DNA of 64,000 nucleotides from Podarcis vaucheri (Eukaryota). The translations under genes and the position numbers were made by a program. The stretch lies in the NCBI GenBank assembly GCA_965113315.1, contig OZ220367.1; one strand, 5' to 3'. Each line of letters opens with the position of its first letter. Position 1 is the stretch's first letter. Of the stretch, positions 14,301 through 24,920 are shown in pieces. Under the pieces are notes generated by a model. That model did not search any database, had not been told where the DNA came from, and was given only the letters and a program-made list of their open reading frames with translations.

Positions 14301-17300
14301 AGAAACACACCATAGTATGAAACTGTGTTTCAGGGCCGCATTTCTCATGTTGTAATGTGTGTTGTACTCCAGAACAGATATGAAAGGTAACTTTCATCAT
14401 TCTTGTAAAATAGCTGTTATAAAAAAACATTTATTGTGATTAAGGAGCTCTGGGTTTTGTTTTGTTTTTTAAAAAAACAAGTTTATGTTCAAACTCGTTT
14501 TTTTAAAAAATGTAAAATGAGTTATTATAATAGAAAATGATTTTAGTTTAAAACCAGAATCTATTTTGTACCACATTCCCAGGTTGCAGCTAGTTTGGAA
14601 AAGAACCTTATTCCTAAACTGACTAGTTCCTTGCCTGATGTTGAAGCCCTAAGACTGTTTCTAACCCTGCCAGAATGCCCACTAATGAGTGACGCAAACA
14701 ATTACATGACACTAGCTATCCCATTTGCAACTGCTATTGTGAATCTAGAAAAGGCTCCACTGAAAGTACTTGGTAAGGTTTCTTTTGTTTAATTTGTATG
14801 TCTTAATCTGCTGCAAGGGTGTGGCAGCTTGCAAAACTAACTGTGGGCATATATAATCTCTCAAACTGTTCTTGCTATCAGTTTTCACCTTCTGTTCATT
14901 GCACTACTAAAGGGAAGTGCTGTTGCATATAGATATTCTTGTGTAGCTCTATGAGCAAGTGTTGCTTTGTTTGCATACCACTGTAAACCTTTATTAATCG
15001 TTTGCCATGAACACACTGCCTCTGGCCACTTATTCCTCCACATTCACGATGGGTGGAAACAGTGATCCCTGGCATAGCATTAAATGCAAACTAGAAATTG
15101 TGGTTTATGTCAGTCCTAAGGTTTGTTTTTTGCTTACTGATAGTGTTTGTTGGAGTGAAAAATGCGTAATGTATTTCCTCTTGCCATTAGCAGGTACAGT
15201 GGTACCTCTAGTTGTGGACTTAATCCATTTCGGGGTGCCGTTTGCACCCCAAAAAGTCCGCAACTAGAGTGCCTCTTCTGCGCATGTGCACGGTGCGATC
15301 AAGCACATGCGCAAAGTACGCAGGTCGCTTCTGAGCATGCACAGGCAGTGAGCCCGGAAGTAAACACTTCTGGGTTTGCCACGTTCGTAAGCTGAAAGTC
15401 CGTAACAAGAGCGGAATGCAACACGAGGTATGATTGTACGAGGCAAATATACCAGAAAGGCATAATAGTAAATTATAAATAATAGTAAATTATCAACTAT
15501 GCTCTACTGTGATACAGATTTATAATTTTGAGGCCAAGTTATTTTTTGAATCCGAAATTGCTCAAGTGTCCAATGAAATTTCTTAAACTGTCTTTTTGAA
15601 TTCATGATAGTTAATAAGCAGGGTTTCTTGCGACTGTTTGAGAGATATCTCCTCAGGGATAATAAACTTTGCACTTCCCTTTGTAACATCCAAAAAACTA
15701 TGTCTCCTATTCTTACATATTAAAAGGATGTTGATATGGAGTGGAAAAATGGATGGTCTAATTTATTCATTGCTGAACAGCAAATGAACTTGAGATCTAG
15801 ACAGTATTAGTTACATATAAGTCCTGTTAAGTTGTGCAATGTTTTCGTCTGCTAGATTTGCTTTTCCCTTTTATTGATAGAAAACTGGTGGTCTGCATTG
15901 GAGCCTCCATTGTTCCTTAAAATAGTGGAACTTTACAAGGATGTTGTTGTCCACCTTCTTAAATTGTACAAGATGGGCATTCCAACTTCAGAGCAAAGAA
16001 TCTTCTCTAGCTGCCTGCACTCTTCTCTCAAGGTTTTGGAAATTTTGCACAGGGTAGGTCTTTGCAGTTTGTATCCTTATTTCTGCTGCCAGATACATTT
16101 TGGCTGATGTACTGTATCATTGATGCAATTGATTTTCACTGAGTCTAGAAGTCTAGAGTTTAGAAGTCTGAACTTTCACAGTAAGTTGTGGCTGTGTGGA
16201 CCATTGGGATTTGTTTGGAATCCGTATAATCATTGGATGGAGTATTTCCTCATGTTCTCATGAAGAGACATGCAAGACCATTCTTTGATTTAATGTAACA
16301 TCAGAACTGAGATCAAAGTATACGGCTCTCAGTATATGGACTCACCCAAACCACAGAAGTTGAAAGTTCATGCCAATATTACAAATGGAGTAAAAATTTA
16401 TTTTGTGAACAACATACCTTCCTTTAGCAAAGGCAGAACCACAAAAGAGAAATCACTAAGGCTGCAATTCTATGCATACATGCATGCATTCTGGTTCAAT
16501 GTCTTAAGATCTGACACTTCATATCGAAATAGCTGACAAGAAACATGTGGAACCCCACTTTTCAAATAGTCTTACTCACAGGCTGCCTGGTAATAGCAAG
16601 TACTTTTATTATCAAGTTGGTTTTTGGAGTGCATCTTGGAATAAAATGCATGGTTGTTTTTACACTAACCTCTTAATGTTTACAACTTAATATATATAAA
16701 CAGTATCATTCTATAAATAAATAATTTAAAACACATTTTCTCTTGCTGCTTATCAGTTATAAATAACCTTGGTCACATTCAGCAAACAAATACCAACCCC
16801 TAAAGTGGGAGGGAGAAAGCATCATATCAAAAATGTCCTTAAAACATCAGCCTGTTCCAGCCCCTCCCCATTCTGTGGCTGAAAGTGGTGCACACAGAAA
16901 ATGGCTGTTCCCTGTAGTTTATAACTAAATCATTGTGTGACTCTGACATATTCCAGTCTTGTTATGCTTTGGGAAAGGACATATATTTATAAATGAAAAT
17001 AGTTTTAAGAGTTCAGACAAATTATTCCTCTTTGTGAAGAAGACTGGCTAATGTAGACAGCAACTTCCAGACTCCATAGTATGGCAATACCTTTATTAGG
17101 CCAGCCAAAATATTGCAAATAGCATTTCATATACAAGTCTGAAGAAATAGTTTTAATAGAAGAGAGTGAAATGTAAAATATTCTCAGTGACAAACTGCAT
17201 TCTCTTTAAAATGCAGGTAAATGAAAGAGGTGGGCAAATCATACAATATGATAAATTCTATATACATGAACTACAGGATTTGATAGACATAAGAAGTGAC

Positions 17301-20300
17301 TACTTCCACTGGATTCAGCAGCAGGCATATGGAATGGTAAATGTCCCATTTTTGTTTTCACTATGCGTTATAAAATACACTGCATGGGCTTGAATTCACA
17401 TTGCATAGCTGCTCAGTTGGATGAATTGTATGGCTCAGTGTTCCCAATACAATAAATAAATTCCTGCAAACAGATAGCTAGGGGTGGGAGAGAAGGGTGT
17501 TCTGCCTAACATGCTAGATTTCTATGGATGGTATTCAACCAAAATTTCACTCAACAGTGTACCCATTGAAATTAATGAACATGACTATGTTAGGTCCCCT
17601 GCTCCTCCACCACAGTCTGAAGCAGTGCAGGCCAAGAACAGTTTAGGTTGTGACAAGTGCTCTATTTAGAGTGGTTCTTAGTGTATGTCAGTTTTGGGTT
17701 GTGGGTTTTCTTTTTCTTTTTAGTTTTTCCTAGACAATGTCCTTTTTATGAAGTTTTCTGAAACATTACATCCATGCAGAGTAAAAAAGTTGGTCTTTGA
17801 TAAGCGTTAGAGAGAGGGCTAGTTTTTCTTCTTTTCCTTTAAAGAATACAGAGTGTATATCAAATGATGCACTGCTTGGTTTGGATATACTGGCAAATCA
17901 TGCTGTACCACAGTCACATCTTGGCACATGAGTTCTTCCTGAAGCTAACCGCCAAAATCCCTAGTCCATTCATTTGCACTGAGCCTAGACTGTTCAAAAG
18001 CAAAACCAGACTTGGTGCAGGCTTTTCTCCTGGCCTAACAAGAATTGGTGAGGCGAGCATGCAGGCCAGTGCTTTGCTCAGGGTTCAGGGAGATTTGTTC
18101 ATGCGGCACTAAGCCATGGTATAGTGACAGACATGAATAACCTGAACTACGACTCACCACTGATCATTGGTGATGCTGTCTGAGGCTGGTGGGACTTGCA
18201 GTTGAGCAACAGGTTAATCACCCCTGGTTTGGTGTGAACTGGACCATAGGGTCCATAAGGTAGTAATAGAGTTGGGCTTTTAAACAAACAGGAATATTTT
18301 TGGAAACTATTTAAGGTAGGCAACAGGAACCAAAATTCCAGGTTTATTAAATGATGGTGATCAAACACTAACACCTTTTTAAAATGTCATCTGCCCTCAT
18401 GCATCTCTCCTCATGAGTTACTCAAATATATTACTTTTATGGGAGAATACCTGTATTCTACATCCCACCATTGCAATTGTGCATATAATTCATTGTTCCT
18501 CTACTTCTTCTATTCAGTAATCGTGGTGTTCTCAAAGGAAAGGTCCCCACCCTTATTTAAAACTACTCCCTAAAGTATCAATTTTATTTTTAGCTCAGAA
18601 GTGTCTCTTTCCCTGCTCATATATCTCAAGTCGGGCATCTGAAGTATTTTTGTAATGGCTTGGAGCAGAGCCCAGAAGCAGTGTAGGTTAAATAGGATCT
18701 GTGGTTTCGGAATACTGATTGTGAAAAATGCAATCTGCTTTTTAAGACTTTGAAAATGAAAAAGATTATTCATAAATGTATTAAATGAATAGATAAGTTG
18801 TGCTCATGAGTGCTCTGTGTCCATTATCAACATGTTGATGAAGGATGAAAAGAACTAAAAAACTACCTAGGCTAGATTTTTGCGCCTGTGACATTTGGTT
18901 TTTAGGCACATTAATAGTTTAGTCATAATTTGGAGGTGGGCCACAATAAAGTTTTAGAAATGAGCTGGGATAGATGTTTGAATAAACCAATCGTAAAGTT
19001 GGAGAATTGCACAGTTTAGGACCAAACCTCTCTGTGAACTTTTATTTATCCCTGTTTTCTAAGGTGCGACCACTGCATCTTGTGGAAGTGAATGTGTGCC
19101 AGGCATGACTTTGGTAGAGGCTCCATGCATGTATTAGCAGTGAATCTGTATGTGGGCACAGTTATGCCATGTACCTCCCTGAGATCCATGTGCATTAGCA
19201 TACATTGTTCTCTACACTGCTCTGTGTACATAGGACATAAAGGTAAAGGGACCCCTGGCCATTAGGTCCAGTTGTGGCAGACTCTGGGGTTGCAGTACTC
19301 ATCTCGCTTTATTGCCCGAGGGAGCCGGCGTACAGCTTCCAGGTCATGTGGCCAGCATGACTAAGTCGCTTCTGGCAAACCAGAACAGCGCACAGAAACG
19401 CCATTTACCTTCCCGCCGGAGCAGTACCTATTTATCTACTTGCACTTTGATGTGCAAATTGCCACCCTATCTACAGCGCCACCCGCGTCCCTGTACATAG
19501 GACATAGAGAGAGGTATTTAACTAAATTTTGCTCAAAATAGACCCATTGACATTCATGAAAGTGACTTAAGTTAGGGCTCGTCCACACTTAGAAAGCATG
19601 GGTCCAAGCAGTTTCCCATACTTGTCCCGCTCCTTTCCCAGGGAAAACCGGCTCTTAACTTTAAATTGGAACAAAGGGCAATCCACGGAAAAACCATTTG
19701 CTATTTGCTCCATTTGAGTACTAAAGAGCAGTTTTGCTTGGGGTTGGGCAGGGAAGCAGCGGGACAAGAGGAAGCTCTTAGGTGCATTAATTTCAATAGC
19801 TCTACTCTGAATGCCACACAGGCATTAGTCTGTGCCCATCTTTTTTTAAAAAAATGCAGGCATCTGCATGAAGGCTTTTGGGGGTGTGGAGGAAAGTGGA
19901 GAGGAACCTAACAGTGTTTTTTTCCTTTTAATTACTGCTGCCTCTTATGCACTCTTTTGGTAGGATATCAGCCATGGATTAAATGAGGTAAGAAGTTATC
20001 TGATTTCCACAGTAAAGTTTTGGAAACTAGACCCAAAAATTCTGACATCAGGTTTATCCATGGGCCTTGAATTCTGATAATCTTGAAATAAATTCATGGA
20101 TTAGTTATATCTAAAACTGTTTTAAAAATATAAACCTCTTCATAAGCTGGATATCCTGTATTATATCTCTCTGTCAAGTAAATGTTGCATAACTGCCAAA
20201 AGAAAATTTATATATACTGTTGCTAATACTGCACATGCTAACAGCTTTTTCTATTGCCTTTCTAGCTAGCAGATGTGCCAGTTACAATTTGCACCTACCC

Positions 20301-23300
20301 ATTTGTGTTTGATGCACAGGCAAAGACAACACTCTTGCAGACAGATGCAGTCTTACAGATGCAGGTAAAACCGTAATTTAAAAATAAAATACTTTAAAAC
20401 ACTGTAGTTATTCCTGGATTGATATAACTCAGGCCCTGTTTATATTAACTGGCTTGTATCACAGTTGCACAGTTATTGAGAAAAACTGTGTCTTTGGATA
20501 TCAAAGATTCAGGCATTACTGCATCAGTATAATCACAAGCTGGAAATATTACTAGGAATTGTAGATTCTCTTGAGCATCCAGTGTTTATTACTACTGCTG
20601 CTGCCACTAAGGTTTTTACTTGGTTTTCCCCAGATGGCTGTTGACCAGGCTCACAGACAGAATTTCTCATCTATTTTTCTCCCAGTATTTGAATCTGTCA
20701 ATCCATGTCTGATCTTAATTGTGCGCAGAGACAATATTGTGGGGGATACCATGGAAGTCCTAAGAAAAACAAAAAACGTTGACTACAAAAAGCCTCTTAA
20801 GGTATAGCCTATATGCATGCATGTTTACCTTTTTGTGATGCACACCTGGCCTTTAGTTTTCTCTTCTTCTCCACCCCCTACCCCCTGCTTTTCCCATGGC
20901 AAATATTTGTCCTAGAACTGGGTGAAGGGAGAATTCTGAGCAGAAAACAGCTGGCCAAGAAAGGGTTCAGCACTCGCTTCCTCCCATCATTCAAAATCAC
21001 AACTACCTAAGGCTCCTTTTGGTGCATTTTCTTTCTTTTCAATTGTTGGAACTTTAGTATACACACTTGCATATAATTCATAACTTGCCCCTCAACATTC
21101 ATTCATAGAGTTGAGGCTGCTCCAGGTTAATGAAAAATGTACCTGTATAACCTATATACCTGTATAACATATGTCTTTACAAATATACATTTGCCATGTT
21201 CATATTTTATTTATTTATTTATTATTACCCCACCCATCTGGCTGGGTTTCGCCAGCCACTCTGGGTGGCTTCCAGGACATAAATAATAAAAAAAAACATT
21301 TATAAAAACTTAAAACACATTTTACAACTTTAAAGTACAATGTATGAAGTGGCCTTTAGTCAGACTCCTTACTGTAAATGTCATTAGCCAAGTAATAAAT
21401 TGAGCACTTGTGGATAGCTCAGTTGGTCAGAGTCTGGTGCTGATAACGCCAAGGTCGCAGGTACGATTCCCTTACAGGACAGCTGCATATTCCTGCATCG
21501 CAGGAGGTTGTTCTAGATCAGCATTTCCCAACCTTGGGCCTCCAGCTGTTTTTGGACTACAACTCCCATAATCCTCAGCTAGCAAGACCAGTGGTCAGGG
21601 ATGATGGGAATTGTAGTTCGAAAACAGCTGGAGGCCCAAGGTTGGGAAACACTGTTCTAGATGATACTCAGGGTCCCTTCCAACTCTACAATTCTATGAT
21701 TCTATGAGTATGTGTGGTATTTTATTTTTTAAAAATGTAATGTTCTAACTGCATTGCCAATGTTAGGTTATTTTTGTAGGGGAAGAAGCTGTTGATGCAG
21801 GAGGAGTTCGCAAAGAATTTTTCTTGCTTATCATGAGAGAGCTGTTAGATCCCAAGTATGGAATGTTCAGGTACGATGAACAATCGAGGCTCATCTGGTT
21901 CTCAGATAAGGTATGTAATTTGTTGGGTTTTGTGTATTTATAGTGGAAATGGCTATCTTGATTTACTTTCAGCCTATGGTATCTTTGAGAATATTACTAC
22001 TATGATATAATTGCACCAGTGCACACTGCATCCTTTAGACTGTGATAGCATTTGTTATGTTAGCCCTTTGCTCTTGATCCTGAATGTGCTCATTTCTGTC
22101 CCCTTTCCCTGGTGGTCACAGAAGGCCATGAATACAACAGCACTTGATTAAGTCAGTGTGTTTTGTGGCTGCTGCATGGCTGTGTTTTTGTAGAGTCTGT
22201 TGGGGCCAAAATAAAAGTATCATTGCATCTTAAAGTCTTATGGCACAAGTTTTCATGGAGTACAGATCACTTCATTGGGTACATGAAGTGTTCACCTGAG
22301 TTGTTTGGAGGAAGGATTGTAAATCATGAGGTGAGAGAGAAATGAAATGTAGAACATATGATGTCACAATTACATTTTTAACGGTGGCCATTCACAAACC
22401 TCTTGTTGGTGACAAAACAGACACACTGCATGTGTCAAAAATGCTAGGGTAATAAAAAAATCCAAATGTAGTGTGATAAAAAGCATTCCCACAGAAATAT
22501 TCTACACCAGATGTGCCGCAACAAAATACCCTTTTCCTTTGTCATAACTGGCTTCACCAAGGTGTCTCAGAGAAAGGACTTCAAGGATGATCTTAGAACT
22601 TGAGCTGTAGGTTTCTGCAGAACAAAGCAGTCTTCCTAAGCTGATTAAAGTTCTAAAGACAAGAACCAGCACCTTAAACTGTGCCAGAGATGCAGCTACT
22701 GCAGTTTTCTGTTGAGTGAGATATATTGCATTCAGTTGGTCTCTGTTAGTAACCTAGGCATTGTATTCCGTACTAGGGCCTCTCCTTCTTCCGGAGGGGA
22801 GGAGTTGTGAGCAGGAGGCGATTTCCGCGTCACGCAGGGGGCGTTCTGCCCCCTGCCCCATTCACATGGCTGGTGCGCCACGCCCCCGGTCGAGCACCCA
22901 ATGGGGGGCTCTTGGCGGGGGCATGGTTTGCTGCTCAAATGCAGCTGCGCCAGCCATTCTGCCCATTGTGCTCACCTTTTCGCATCGAGTCTAGCTGAAG
23001 TTTCCTAGTTGCTTCAAAGGCAGCACCCAGGACTGCATTAATACAGGATGTTACCAGATCATAGATAACAATCATTAGGACATCTCTCTCTAGAATGCCA
23101 ACCCTCAAAACACTGGTTGCTTGCCACTTGAGTTGTTGTCTCGCTACACTAGAGGGGATTGCAAAATCAAATACAAAGCAATTAAACACCCTTTTCTGTA
23201 ACCCTTGAAAAAATGGCTTGATGAGTTTTTAACCGTATAGATCCCAACCTCAAACATATACATGAGTAATAACTGAGTGTACTAGCTTGCAAAATTATTG

Positions 23301-24862
23301 TGATTCCACTTGAAGTCTAGCAGCAGTTGAATGCAAGCATGGCCTCTAAAGCAATGTGCATGTTTTTGTAAGCTTTTAAAAGTTTAATTTCAGTTTTTTC
23401 ATATTTGCAGACCTTTGAAGACAGTGACTTGTTTCATCTGATTGGTGTTGTCTGTGGGCTAGCAATATATAATTTTACTATTGTAGAGCTTCACTTCCCC
23501 TTGGCTTTATATAAGAAGCTCCTGAACAAGAAACCTTCCCTGGATGACCTCAAAGAGCTAATGCCTGATGTTGGCAGGTGAGCACATTACAACTGAAAGT
23601 ACAGTAAGTAGATTAACATTTCTGTGCATCCTAACTTCTTTGACAGTGCAAAGAAATAATTCAATACAGTGGTGCCCCGCAGGACGAATGCCTCGCAAGA
23701 CGGAAAACCCGCTAGACGAAAGGGTTTTCCGTTTTGGAGGTGCTTCGCAAAACGAATTTCTTATGGGCTTGCTTCGCAAGACGGAAATGTTTTGCGAGTT
23801 CCTGCGGGTTTTTTTTCCTCCCCCCCTTTCCCCAAGCCGCAAAGCCGCTTATCAGCTGATCCTAAGACGCTAAGCCGCTTAACAGCTGATCCGCTAAGCC
23901 GCTTAACAGCTGATCCGCTAAGCCGCTTATCAGCTGATCTGCTAAGCCACTAAGCCGCTTATCAGCTGATCCGCTAAGCCCGCTAATAGCGCTAAGCCAC
24001 TAATGGGCTTGCTTCGCAGGACGAAAAGAACGCAAGATGAAGAGACTCGCAGAACGGATTCTTTTCATCTTGTGAGGCACCACTGTACCTTGTTAAGGAG
24101 ATGAGATACAAGATTTAGAGTGTCTTTATTTCTAGCTGACACACTTGAAACAAATGTAGGTTTTTTAGGATTGAAATCCTTTCAGGGCAAAAAAAACTTG
24201 AACAGATATTGACTTCTCAGTAGCTGCTAGATTTTTTGTTAATCTAAACTGTAAATTTCTGTGGAAGAATATAAAACCATTTCAGTTCTGTAAGTTTCTG
24301 AATAAATTGTGCTGTTACAACTTGTGATGAGAGACATTTTATTCTCAGGAGTATGCAGCAATTATTGGACTACCCAGAAGATGATATAGAGGATACCTTC
24401 TGCCTCAACTTTACAGTAAGTGTGAGATCATCCATTGCCACCTTTTTAATGCCGGTGTAATGAGTAATAATATGTAATCGAGTCTCTCTTTTCCTGTTAA
24501 AATGCTATACTTTGTATAGCATGCTTCACTTTCCTGTATTGAATTATAGATTCTATTCTGCAACAAAAAGTAAAATACACTCTCATGTTCTAAACAGATC
24601 ACTGTTGAAAATTTTGGTACTACGGAAGTTAAGGAGCTAATTCCTAATGGTACTGATATTCCTGTTGTCAAACAAAATAGGTAAGTTTTAGCATGGTAGG
24701 TTGACAGAAGTTTCCCTTTGCTTAATTTTATCAGGGAGAAATGCTTTTTTCGTTTCATGCAGGTTCTTAACTCAGAATTGAACTATAAGGGGTGTGGGTG
24801 TGGTGGGGAGTTATACCCAACTTCTGAGATATTTATTCCAAACCTGTAATCTTGCAAAAGAA

Positions 24863-24920
<58 letters not shown>

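Noticed and set aside
21412-21485. tRNA-Ile-like sequence (and tRNA-Lys-like at 34026 and 63520-63590) as tRNA genes
   Set aside because: Stems and boxes are mutated and each continues into a SINE body and CR1-type tail.
23837-23975. Regular 24-bp repeats as a CRISPR-like array
   Set aside because: Tandem units with no unique spacers, inside a eukaryotic MITE.
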